From contig CBDBDQ010000003.1 in assembly GCA_965203905.1 (NCBI GenBank), positions 1 through 64,000 of the forward strand: a DNA stretch of 64,000 nucleotides. Reading direction: 5' to 3'. The notes below the pieces were generated by a model. That model saw only the letters and a list, made by a program, of their open reading frames with translations. It searched no databases and had not been told where the DNA came from. Positions 1-12,700 of the stretch are shown here, piece by piece (within the stretch, counting starts at the first letter, position 1; each line of letters starts with the position of its first letter). This stretch comes from Spirochaetia bacterium (lineage in GTDB: Bacteria > Spirochaetota > Spirochaetia > SZUA-6 > Bin103). A program made the position numbers and the translations under genes.

Positions 1-790
1 TCGCCACCGTCCCCGGCGGCGCGGTCCAGCTCAGCGTGAAGCCGTCGTCCGTCCCCGCCGCCGCCCCGACACCGGTCGGCGCGGCTGGCGGTCCCACCGG
101 CGTCGCCGTCGCTGCCGTGGCCGTGGACGGGTCGCTGTCAGGCGCGTTGTCGAGCGCCGTCAGGACCCGCACCGTGTACTCCGTACCGTTGGTCAGGCTC
201 GGGATGGTGGCGCTCTCCGCCGCCCCGTCGGTCACGACCGCCTGGCCCGCCACCGCCGGCGTCGCGCTCGATGGGTCGTAGTTCGCCGAACTCGACTTCC
301 ACAGCACCTTGTAGCCGTCCGCCCCGGCCACCGCGTCCCAGGTCACGGTGATCTGCCCGTTGCCCGCCGCCGCCTGCACGTTGCCGGGCGCGGCCAGCGC
401 CGGAATCTGCGTTACCCGCTTCGCCGCCGTCGTCAGGTCCGCCGTCTCGCCGTAGGCCGCGCCCTTCACCGTTACCGCGAGGTCCGTGTCCGCCGTCAGG
501 TCGCCGCCGGAGGGGACGCGCAGCGTCAGCCTGGCCCGCGTGTTGCCCAGCCGCTCGGGGGCGCCGGCGATTTCGATGCCGTTGCCCGCCGGGTCGAGCA
601 CCAGCGCGAAGTCACTGTTCTGGAGGATCGAGTCGTACTGGATGCCGCCCGCCAGATCGACGGTCGCCGTCGCCCCGCCCGCCCTGATCGCCGCCTCGGT
701 CAGCGGGTCCGGGCTCGTGGCGGAGATCGTTGCCGACCGGTCGTCGTCCGTGATGGTGAGCGTCGCCGCGGTGACGGTCGTGAAGCCGGC
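1..790 (-). CDS. Continuation of the giant adhesin after a 1-bp frameshift; runs off the window start
   Basis: Shifting frame near 785-795 gives GFTTVTAATLTITDDDRSATISATSPDPLTE...APGNVQAAAGNGQITVTWDAVAGADGYKVLWK...LTNGTEYTVRV (same repeat type plus FN3) with no stop to position 1. Confidence 0.85.
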
Positions 791-3700
791 GGATTGGAGA
801 CCGCGCCGAACACCACGGTCTCGTCGCCCTCGGGGTCGTTGTCGTTCGCAGGCGTGATGTCGAAGGTCCCCGTCCCGCTCGCCATGCCGGCCGGGATGGT
901 GATGTCCCGGGACGGCGGCGTGAGGCTGGAGAAGTCCGCGCCGGTCCCGGAGGCGGTCGCCGTGCCGCCCGTCCGGCTGACGGCCACCGTAGTGTCCGCC
1001 GGCAACACGTCGCTGCCGTCCGGGAACTTCGCGGTCACCGTCACCCGGACCGCGGCGCCGGCATTCTCCATCACCCTGTCGGGGGCCACGCTCAGCGCGA
1101 TCGTCGTGGGCGCCGTGTCGTCGTCGGTAATCGTGCCGAGGAGCGTGTATTCGCCGGGGGTGCTCTCGCTCTCGAATTCGTCAAGGGAGAAGTGGGCGGT
1201 CGCGTTGGTCAGGGAGCTGAACCGCGCCGAGACCGTCTCGTCCGGCTCGGCCGTGTTGTCGCCGAGGACCGGGATGTCGAATGTCTCGCTCGTGTCGCCC
1301 GGCGCGAACGTCACCGTCGTGCTCGTCTCGGTGTAGTCCGTCCCCACCGTCGCCGTCTGTCTCGCATCCTGGCCGGTCGCGGCATCCACCGTCACCGTCC
1401 TGCCGCTCGCCGCCGACAGGGTGAGGGTGAAGCGGAGCGTCGTCGTGTCCGTGTCGTCCGTGTCGCCCTCGGTCACGCGCGGCGCCTCGGTGATCGCCAG
1501 GGCCGGCGGGTTGTCGTCGTCCACAATGGTGACGGTGCTCCGAAGCTCCGCGGCGGTCGCGCTCACGCTTACGTCGCCGGAGAGAACGTCCGGCACGCTC
1601 TCCAGTGCCACCGTCACGGTGAAGGTCTCGTCATCCTCGTCGGTCGTGTCCTCGGTCGTAGGCACGTCGAAGGTCGCGGTCGTGTGGCCGGCCGGGACGG
1701 TGAGGGTGGTTGTGCCGTGGGTCTGCTGCGGGTAGTCGTCGGGCTGGACCGCCGTGCCGTCCGCCGTGCTCCACTCGACCGTGATGTCCTCCGGCAGCGC
1801 CTCGGACAGTTCCACCGTCACGGTCGCCGCATCGCCCTCATTGGCGCTCACCGCGCGCGAGTCCGCCACGACCGTCAGCACCGTCTCGGGCGTCGCCTTC
1901 ACCGCCGCTGTGCCGGCGGGCAGGTCGCGCGCGCCGCCGGTGTAGCCCGCGTCCTTTACCGTCACCGTCAGCGTTCCCTCGGTGTCGAAGTCCGTGCCGT
2001 CGAAGGCCAGCGTCACCGCCGCGCGCACCGGATCGATCGCATCCCGCGCCACGTCGTCCACCGTCACGCCGGCGATGCCCGTGACTGTCACCGCGCCCGT
2101 CGGCGGGCTGCTGACCCACACCGCGCCCCCGCGCAGCTCGATCGTCAGGGTCGCGCCGTCGAGCGCCGCCTCGGTCAGCGGCGACGGGGCCGTTGCCGCG
2201 ATCGCCGCACCCAGAGGGATCACCGTCACCGGGGCGGTTTCGAGCGTTCCCGAGCCCTTGTGGGCCGGGTCGGTGACGGTGACGGCGATCTCCGTCGCCG
2301 CCGAGAGGGCGCCGGTGAAGGCGAGCGTCAGCACCGCGGTGTTGTCGCCCGCGCGGTCCACCTGCGATACCGACAGCCCGCCCACCGGCGGGGTCGCGCC
2401 CAGGGTGAACCGGCCCGGCTCACGAAGGGTCTGCTCGCTCTCGTATTGCGTCGCTACCAGGACCACGGTCAGCTTCGCGCCGTCGAGCCTCCGCTCGGTC
2501 AGAGGCGACGGCGCCGTCGAGTCGATACGCGCCAACTGGTCGTTGTCGACGAGGGTGAACTGCGTTTCAACGACCGTGTCGATCACATTGCTCCCGGTCA
2601 TGCCGGAGATGACGACCGTCTCGTCGCCCTCGCTGTCCTCGTCGTCCTTGGGCCTGAAGGGAATGTCCGCCGTGCCGCTGGTCGTGCCGGCGGGTATCGC
2701 CAGGTCGACGTTGCTGACCGGGAAGTAGTCGTCGTCCACGGTGGCGCTGCTGCCGGCCCCGCCGACCGATAGCGACACCGTCACGTCCTCGGACAGCGCT
2801 CCGGTGTTTGCGGGGAACGAGCCGGTCACTTCCATCACCGCCTCGTCGACCTCCTCGCCCACGCGCATCGGGCTGACGCTCAGGATGATGCGGTCCGGTG
2901 CGGCCATCGTCGTCGCGGTCCGCTCCACCCCGGGGCTCTCGCCCTCGTCGCTGACCGCCTGCACCCGCACCATGTACTGGGTGCTCGCCATCAGACCCGT
3001 GAGCTCGTGGGTGAAGCTGGGGTCGTCCCGATTGTCGTTGTCCAGCGCGACCTGCGCCGACCTGGTGGCGTCGTACGCCTCTCCCGCCCGCTTCCACTGC
3101 ACCGAGTAGCGATCGAGCGGCGGCCCGTTGTTGGTGGTAGCCGGCTCCCAGGTGACGGTCAGCGAGGACGAGACCGGCGCCGCGCTCACCTGCACGTTCG
3201 CCGGATCGCCCGGCGGCTCGTCCAGGTCGGTCACGTTCACGGTGATGTCCTGGGTCGCCGTCAGCTCTCGTTCGCGCACGCCGCTCGTGGCCTCCACCGT
3301 CACCTGGTAGGCGTTGTCGCCGGCGGCGCTGCCGGTCGCCTCGAAATCCGGCGCCGCGTCGAACGTGAGCACGCCGGCGTCGTCGATGCTGAACAGCGCC
3401 GCGTCCGCGCCGCCGGTGATCTCATAGCCGGTCGCGCTGTCGAACACGTCGGCGTCCCCGGCGATGACCGTGCCCACGTCCGTGCCGTTCTCCGCCGCGT
3501 TGAAGGTGGCCGGCGACGTGAACGCGGGCGCGACGTTCGGCGCGGTCACGATTGCGGTGGCATCGCTGGTGAGGGATTCGGCGTTGCCCAGGCTGTCGGT
3601 GAAGCTGACCCGCACTCCGATGCGATGGCTCACGTCCGCCTCCACCAGCGTCCAGGCGGCGTCGGTGGCGCCGGGGATGTCGGCCTCGGTGCCGTCGCTC

Positions 3701-6700
3701 GCCACCCGGACCCACTGGTAGCCGAAGTCCGGGCTTGCCGGCCCGTCCTCGTCGACGATGTCGTCGACGCTGACGCTCAGCTCCTGCCCGAAGCGCGCGT
3801 CGCCGGAGATCACCGGCTTGCCGGTGGCCGGGAAGTTGTCGCCCGGCTCCCGCACCGCGGTGACGGTGCCGGCGTGGGCGAACAGGTCGCCGGTGCCGGT
3901 GTGGGCCGCTTCCGTCACCGTCAGCCCGAGCAGCACGTCGCGGTCGAGGTCGGTGCCGTCGAAGGCCAGCGTCAGCACCGCCCGCGTGGGACTCTCGAGG
4001 CTCACGCCGCCCGCGGCGACGCGCACGCCGGGGACGTCGAGGGTGAAGCTGCCCGGGGCCGGGTCCGACACGAACCGGACTGCGGTCAGGTCTACCGTCA
4101 GTTTCGCGCCGTCGAGGTTCGTCTCGGTCAGCGCCGGCGGGTCGGTGGCGAACACGCTCGCGGTCACGTCGTCGTCCGTGATCGTGACGGTGGCCTCGGG
4201 ATCGGCATAGCTGGTGTTGTCGACGAAGACGGTGATCGTCTCGTCGCCCTCCGCGGCACTGTCTCGGACGGGGGCGATGATGAAGATCGGCGTCTGCCCG
4301 AGCGGACCGCGCAGGGTGGCGGTGGGCGCATAGGGCTTGAACTCCACCTCGATGTCGGCGACCGGGGCGTAGTCGTCGCCCTCGGTCGCGCTGTCGCCGG
4401 ACCGGCCCACGCTGATGACGAACTGGTTGATGCCGGGCACCAGCACGTCGCCGGTCCATGTCAGGGCGGCGGTGAAGTCGGTGGCGCCGCCGGACTCGCC
4501 GACCGAGGTGGGCGTCACCTCCAGGGTCAGGGCGTCGGGCGTGGCGATCACGTCGTTGTCGGCGGCGAAGGGCACCTGGCGCTTGTCGTCGTCGTCGATG
4601 GTGTCGGGGTCGCCGTCGTCGGGGATGACGGGCAGGCTGAGGTCGACATCGCCGGAGCCGTCGGGGTTGCCGCTCGCGGGCCGGAACTTCACGGCCGTGA
4701 AGGTGACCACCACGCCCCCTGCATCGCTCGGCTCGACGCGCTTGTCGTCCACCAGCGTGAGGGGGATCCTGAGGTTGCCGGTGGTGAGCGTCGCGGTGTT
4801 CGCCTGGCCGGCGCCGAACTGGACGGCCTCGTTGAAATCGGCGGCGGTGACGTCGATGGTCCCGCTGGCGGGGGAGAGCTCCCAGGTGACGATCACGCTC
4901 TCGCCCGCGGCGAGGGGCCGGTCGAGCGCGAACCTCACCCCGCCCTTCGAAGAGTCGGCTTCCGTCGCCTCCTCCGGCGTTATCGAGGTCACCGCCGGCA
5001 CGGCGGCGGTCAGAGCCCGCAGGGTGCTCCACTCGCCGCACCATGCCGGTGCCGCGCCCTGCACGCAGGCGCGCACCGAGAGGTCGTAGCCGGCGCCGGG
5101 GTCGAGGCCGGTGAAGCGGTGCGTGAGCGCCGCCGCCGCGTCCTCGCCGGGGTTCGAGGTCCAGGACGAGACGCCGGTCTCGCGCCAGCGCTTGCGGTAC
5201 TCGAGGGTGGCGCTGCTGTCGCCGTAACCGGATGCGTCCCACGTCACGCCGATGGACGTATGGGCCGCCACGCCGTCGAGCCGCAGGTTGCCCGGCAGGG
5301 ACGGCGGGCTGGGACGCACGGTCAGCGCCGCGCTGGTCAGAGCGTCGTCGCTGTCCGTATGGGCATCCGCGGCGACCACCACGGCAATCCTCGTGTCCGC
5401 CGTCAGGTCGGCGCCGGTGAAGCCGAGGGTCAACTCCGCGGTGTCTTCGTCCGTCAGGCTTACCGACTCGATGCTCAGGCCGGTCACCGCCGGCACGACC
5501 GACAGCGTGAACGGTGACGGTTCCTGCGGCAGGGGGTCGACGTAGGTCGTACCGCGCACGTCCACGGTGAGAACTGCCTCGTCCAGGTTGCCGCCGTGCA
5601 GCGGGTCCGGGGCGGTCCCGGCGATGGTCGCCGAGATGTCGTCGTCGACGATCGTGAACTCTGCGCCTTCGACCGTGAGCCCCGCGGCGGTGGTGGTCCC
5701 GGTCACGGAGATCGTCTCGGCGCCTTCCTCCGCGGTGTCCTGGATCGGGGTGATGTCGAAGGTCCCGGTCTGGCTGGTCCGTCTCGCGGGAATGGTGATG
5801 GTGAAGTCGTCGACGGCGATGTAGTCCGCGCCCTCGGTCGCGTATTTGATGCCGGGATCGTCGCCGGACCCGACCGCGACCGTCACCGCGACCGCCTCGG
5901 CCGGGGCTCCCGCCCCCGTGTTGTACGCCGCGGTGACGGTGACCTCGGCCCCCTGGGAGTCGCCCTCGCCGATGCTGGCGGTATCGAGGCTGAGCACGAT
6001 GGACGTCGGCGCGTCGTCGTCGTCGCTGATCGTGCCGGTGGCCGCGGCGGCGTCCAGCACCGCCTCCGGCGGCAGCCCGTCCGCGGGCGCGGCCAGCGTC
6101 ACGGTGAAGGTCTCGTCGCCCTCCACCAGGATGTCGGCGGCGGTGGCGACGGTGAAGGTCCCGGTCAGCGTCTGCGCCGGGACGGTCAGGGTCCCGCCGG
6201 TCTCGGCCGCGTAGTCGTCGGGCGCGGTCGCGCCGCCGGGGCCGGTCCCGTCCGAGGTCGTCCAGCCGAGCGTCAGCGGCTTCTCCAGCGCCGCCGAGAG
6301 CGTCACGGTGAAGGTCACCGCGTCGCCTTCGTCCGCGCTCGCGTCGGCCACGGAGACGGCGGCCGGCAGCGCCGCGCTCGTCACAGCGCCCACGCCCGCG
6401 GGGTCTCCCGCGGCGTCGGTGACGCCGGTCAGCGCGCGCAGCTCGAAATGGTGCGTGCGCCCGAGCGCCAGCTCCGCAACGGTATGGCCGGTCGCCACGG
6501 CGCTGTCGGCGATGTCCTGCCACGCCGCGGTGGACAGACCGGCCGCGCTGGTCGCGGTGCGGTACCGGTAGCCGGAGATCGACGCCGCCGCGCCGTCGGC
6601 CGTGCCGGCATCGGGCGCGGTCCACGACAGGTCCACCTCGCCGGCATTGGCCCCCGCCACGGCTGCGAAGACCCCGGGCGCCGCAGCCGCGGTGTCGTCG

Positions 6701-9700
6701 TCCTCGATGGTGCCGGTGGCTTGCGCGTCGTCGAGAGCCGCACCGCCGGGCAGGCCGTCGGCGGGCGCCGTGAGCCTCACGGTAAAGGTCTCGTCGCCCT
6801 CGGCGACCAGGTCCCCGGCGGTGGCGACCTCGAAAGTTCCGGTCAGGGTGTTCGCCGGGATGGTCAGGGAGCCGCTCGCCTCGGCCGTGTAGTCGCCGGT
6901 CGCCGTCGCGCCGCCTTCCCCGACACCGTCCGCGGTCGCCCAGAGCACCGTCACCGGCTCGTTCACCATGCCCGACAGCGAGACCGTGAACATCACCGCC
7001 TCGCCCTCGGCCGCGCGCGCGTCCGCCACCGAGACCAGCGGGGTGTCGTCGTCGGTGATCGTGAGGGTCGCGCCGTGGACGGTCGCGATGCCGGTCGCGG
7101 TCGTCGTTCCGCTCACGGTGACCGTCTCGGCGCCCTCGACGGCGCCGTCGTCGTGGGGCGCGATGGCGAAGGTGCCCGTGGCGGTGACGCTGCCCGCGGG
7201 GATGGTGATCGTGATGTCCTGGACCGGTGCGTAATCGGCCCCGTCGGCCGCGGCGCCCGCGCTCGCGGAGTCGCCGTCTGCGCCGACCGCCACCGGCACC
7301 TCGACGTCCTCGGTGAGGGCGCCCGCCCCGGCGCCGAAGGCCGCGGTGACCGTCACCGTGGCGGCCTCGTCGGCGTCTTCGGCGATGCGCTCGGGGTCGA
7401 TGCTCAGCACGATGGCGTCGGGGACCTTCGCCGTCATGTCCACGACCGCGGAGGCGGACCAGTCCCCGTGGCGCGCCGCGGTCTCGGCGCGCACCTCGAA
7501 GGCGTAGCCGGTGCCCGGGTCGAGCCCGGCCACCATGGCAGAGGTGGTGGCCGCGTCGTCGGTGGTCGCCTCCGTCCAGTCGGCGTCGTCGGTGCTCGAT
7601 GCCAACCGCCACCGGTAGCGGTACCGGGTGACGGGGTCGGCGGCGGCGAGCGCCTTGCCGCCCGAGGCGGCGACCGCGTTCCAGCCGAGGTCGGCCCGGC
7701 CCGAATCGGTGGCGTGCGCCGCCGCCGTCACCCCGCCGGGCGCGTCGGGCCGCCCCGACACGACCGCGGCGGCGCTGAAGAGGCTGGGACCTTGCGCGTT
7801 CGACACCCGCACCCGGAACTCCCAGGGCGTCTCCGGGTCCAGATTGGTGGCCGTATGGGCGCCGGGCGCGCCGGGCACGTCCGCGCCCTGCCAGTCCGTC
7901 CCGCCGAGCTCCCGCCATTCCAGCCGGTGGCCGGTCAGACCGGAGCCGCCGGTGTGGCCGACGCTCCAGGTGACGGTGATCTCGCCGTCGGGTCCGGGCG
8001 GCGTCAGGGTCTCGCCGCCCCGCACCGCGGCGATGGAGACGTTGCCCGGCTCGGTCACCAGTTCCCGGCCGCGCAGGGTCACCCAGTGGCTGCACTCCCT
8101 CGGGAAGCGCGCTGCACAGACGTTGACCCGGAAGTCGTAGCGCTCGTTCAGCGTGAGCCCGGTGTACACGTGTTCGAAGCCCCCGTCGGGCAGCTCATCG
8201 GCTATGTACTTCTCGACGGTGGCGCTCCACGTGCTGTCGGCGCTCCGCTTGTGCTGGACCTCGTAGTGGTTCACCACCCCCTTCGCGGGTCCTGTCCACG
8301 ACACCCGGAACGAGTTCGGGAACGCGGCGGCGACCCTCACGTCGCGGGGCCGGTCGTCCTGCGGCACGCCCACGCTGGCGGTGGCGATCGCGCCCGCCGG
8401 TTCGCCCGCGGCGTCGGTGACGCCGGTGACGGCGCGCACCTGGAACCAGTAGTCCTGCCCACCGGGGAGGTCGGTGGCGATGAACGTGGTCGATGTTGGC
8501 TCGGTGAGGTCGGTCCAGGCCGTGCCGGCCGGCACCGGGAAGGAGGTGGCCCGCCGCACCTGGTACTTGCCGACGGTGGCTGCCGCACCGTCGAGCTTGC
8601 CCGTCTTCGCGGGTGCGGCCCACGAGAGCGCCACCTCGCCGGGATTGTCGCCCGGTGCCGCGGTCAGGCTGGCGGGCGCACCCGCCGCGCGGTCGTCGCC
8701 GAGCACCGTCACCGGGAGGTCACCGATCGCGATGCCGTCATAGTCAGGGTCGCCGCTCGCCGCGGAGAACGACAGGTTCACGGCCTCGTCGCCGACCACC
8801 GCATTCTGGGTGGAGGTCACCGTGACGGTGCGCGGCATGCCCCAGTCGGCGTCGGTGAAGGTCAGCGTGTCCTGGTCGTCGTCGGCCTCCGCGTCGGCAT
8901 CCACCGTCACCCCGGCGCCCGCCGGCACGGCCACCGTCACGGTCACCGTCTCGCCCGCGGCCGGCGCGGCGCCGAGCACCACGGACCAGGTCGCGCTGCC
9001 GCCTTCGGCCACCGTCAGCGGACGCTCGACAGCGGCGACGAGCACCGCGGCCACCGTCGACGCCAGGTTGGTCACCGCCTGGAAGCTCAGCGGTCCCGCC
9101 CGGTTGCCGGCGAGGTCGCGCACCGCATGGGCCTCCGGCGGCGTGTAGGTCAGGGTGGCCGCCTGGCCCGCCACCACCGCCTCGGCCAGGGTCAGGGTGA
9201 CCGTCCTGCGGTCCAGCGCCGTGGCCAGCACTTGGCGCGCCTCGCCGCCCACCCGCACCGCCCAGGCATCGACGGCAGGCGCGGTATCGCCTTCCAACGC
9301 CTCGTCGTAGGTAAGCGTGAGGGTGGCGCCGCTGACGGCGATGCGGATCAGCTTCGGCGCGGTGGTCTCCACGATCACGGACGAGACGCCCGACAGCGAG
9401 TTGGCGCTGCCCGGCTCGGGCAGGGTGAGCACCGCGTCCTCGGCGTTCTCCACCGCCCGGATGCTGCCGCCGTTCAGGGTGAGAGAGTCGGCACCCTGGT
9501 AGTCCAGATCCGCGCTGGCGTCCCCGGCGGCCACGGTGTAGTGGAAGGATGCCTGTTGGCCGTTGCCTTCGATGCCGACGAAGGCGGCCGCGCCGTCGCG
9601 GTCGCCGGTCTCCAGCGCCAGTTGCGGCGTGCCAGTAACCGTCACCGGCTCGCTGAAGTGAACGGTGATCTCCACCCTGCGCCCCAGGCCGTAGAGTCCG

Positions 9701-12700
9701 TTCAACCCCGTGACTGACTGCACGAAGGGTGCGGACGCCTCGTCGTCGGCGATCGCGGTGTTGATGGTCGCCACCGCGAGGTCGGTGGTGTAGCCGCCGG
9801 TGCCGGAGCCGCCCACGGCGTGCGTGATGGTGCGGATGCGCCCGCCGTTGATGTCGTCGTCGTTGACGGCGCGGACCCATACCCGCTGCTCGACCTGCCA
9901 GTCCTCGCTGGCCAACCGGAGTGTGAGGGTGTCGGCGTACGTGCCGTCCTCGGCGGTCGCGTATTCCAGGCCGTCGGCCGCCGCGACGGTGACGGTGACG
10001 GCCCCGCTGCCGCCCGGGTCGGTGTTCAGCGAGATCCCGTAGCTCGCCGGATCGCCGCCCTCGGTCAGGGAGAGGTCGGCGGCCGAGACCAGCACCGACG
10101 CCACCTCGATGGGGTCGTCCACCACCGTCACCGGCACGCTCGCGATCTCGACCGCCTCGTAGCCGCTGCCCGCGGCGGCGTGGGTGATGGTGCCGGCGCG
10201 CGCGTCGGGCCGGTTGTCGATCCGATCGTCCACCGCGGCGACGGTCACGGTCTGAGGCACGTCCCAGTCGTCATGCCGGAACACGAGCTCCGCCGGCTCC
10301 ACGGTGACGATGGCGGGCGGGGTCGGCGTGACCGTGATGTACCCCACGTCGGGCTCCGATTCGAGGACCACGGTGTAGGTGGCGACCGCTCCCTCGCCCT
10401 GCTCGGCGAGGGTGAAGGCGCCCAACTGCACACCCAGCGTGTCGGGGTCGTTTTCATCGTCGGGGACAGTGTCGATGACGACCCCGCGCGGCCCGTCGTC
10501 GTCGGTCACCGTCACCGCCACCGGCCGCGGCACCAGGGCGGGGTCGCCATACCCGCTGCCGGCGGGCGCGTCGGGAGCGACCCCGCCGGACAGCAAGAAG
10601 AAGACGGCCGAGGTCTCCACCCGGCCCTCAACGATGGCGTCGTCGAGGGCATGCACGCAGAAGACCTGCGGCGCGGGCGGGAAACCGATCTCGAACCTCA
10701 TGTCGGCGAAGTCGCGGGCGCTCGCCGCGTCGATGCAGCCCCCGGGCTGGCGGAACGACACCCGCACGTCGCCGCTGTCGCTGAACGCGGTGATGACGAG
10801 ATCGCGCTCGGGCGTGGCGGTGAGGCTGACCGCGATCTCGCCGGTCTCGCCTTCCGCGAGACTCAGCGGCTCGCGCTGCACGCCGGGGGTGGCGGGGTCG
10901 GTGTCCACGACCACGGAGCGCACGTCGTCGTCCCGGTTGACGCCCCGGATCGCCGGCGCCGTCAACCCGTCGTAGTCGTCATGGCTCTGGGCGTCCACCA
11001 CCGCGACGGCGATGGTGTAGGCGTAGTCGCCGTCCACGGCGGGCGTGAGCATGTCGTCGAGGCCGTGCACGGTGACCGTCTGCCGCACGGTCCCCTCGCC
11101 CTCGTCGAAGGTGAGGAGAAGCTCCTGGACGCGGCTGCCGCCCTGGGTCGAGAGCGCCGCCTCTTCGGGCACAATCGCGTCCGGCTGGCCGTCCTCGCCC
11201 CGCAGCGAGACGCGGAGCTGCACCGCGCTCGCCGGGTTCGAGGTAAGCGCGAGGTCGAAGCTGTCGCTGGCGCCGCTCTCGCCGGTCTCGACCGCGAGCT
11301 TGCTCACGAAGATGCCCGCGCTCTCGTCGTCGAAGTTCCTGACCGAGACCGTGGCGGGGGGGGCGGTGGCGTAGGAGCCGGCGCTCTGCTCCGCGACGAC
11401 CGAAACGGTGACGGCGGCATCCTGGTCGCCGTCCATGTCCTCGTCGTCCACGCCGTGCACGGTCACCGTCTGCGGCGTGTTCCAGTTCTCCGCGGTGAAG
11501 GTGAGGGTTGCGTTCACGCCGGGCGCGCCGCCGCCCGTCGAGACCAGCGCTTCGCCGGCGTCGCCGCTCGCCGCGCTCAGCCGCACGTCGCCTTCGGGCA
11601 TCGAGGTCAGCGTGACCGCGAAGGTCGGTTCGGCGTCCCCGGCGCGCTCGGTGGCGGCCACCGCCGTAGGCGTCACCGCGATGCCCACCTCGTCGTCGTC
11701 GGTGACGGTCAAGGTGACCGGCGCCGGCCCGAGCGCCGCCAGCGGGTCGTTGGTGAGCTCGCTCAGCCGCCGCATCGTCACCGTGCCCGACACCGTCACC
11801 GTGCCGTGGGGGCCGTCCACATGGTCGTCCACCGCGGTGAGGGTCACCGCGCCGATGCTCTCCAGCTCGCCGTCGCGGATGGTCAGGGTGCGATTCTCGC
11901 CAAGCACGGCGCCGTCGCCGGCGGCGCTCACGGTGACGGTAGTCTCGTTCTCCGAGTCCGCGCCGAGTCGCGCTGTGACCCTGGCGAACGCACCCTCGCC
12001 AATCGTCGCCGGTTCCAGCACCAGGGTCACGGTGGGCAGGGTGGTGGTCACCCGGGCGCCGGGCGGCGAAAACCGGCCGTCATGGACCTGGTTGCGCGCC
12101 CGTACTCGGAATTCGTAGTCGGTCCGGAACTCGAGGTCGTCCACCACGACCCCGGTGGCGCCCGGGTCGTGGACGCGCTCCGGGGCCGCCCAGCCGGCGT
12201 CCTCCGCCTGGCCGGCCACGTGGGGTCGGAACTGGTAGTCGTAGCCCGTGAGCGGCGAGCCGCCGTCGGCGGCCGGCGCGGTCCACGAGAGGATGACCCG
12301 GTCGCCGATCTCCTCGGCCAGCGCGGCGGCGAGACCGGTGGGCGCGTCCGGCCGTTCCACCACCTTGATCGCGACGGGCTCGGTCCAGGGACCGAGCCAG
12401 TTCGCGTTGCTGGCCTGCACCCGGAACTCGTGGCGCTCGCCTACCGCCAGTCCTGGAATATCCGCGTATGGCTCCGGAGCGGCATCGACACGGATTTGCC
12501 GGCTCCATGCGGAAGTGCCCTCCTGCCGGTGCTCGACGAGGTAGGCTTCGATCGCGTTGCCGCCGTCCCGGGGCGGGGGATCCCAGGAGAACCGCACCCG
12601 GGTGGGATCGAGCCGGATCTCCGTGCGCAGGTTGGCGGGAGGATCGGGCGGGCCAACGACGGCGGCGGTCAGCAGCGACGGCGAATAGTCGCCGGTCTCG

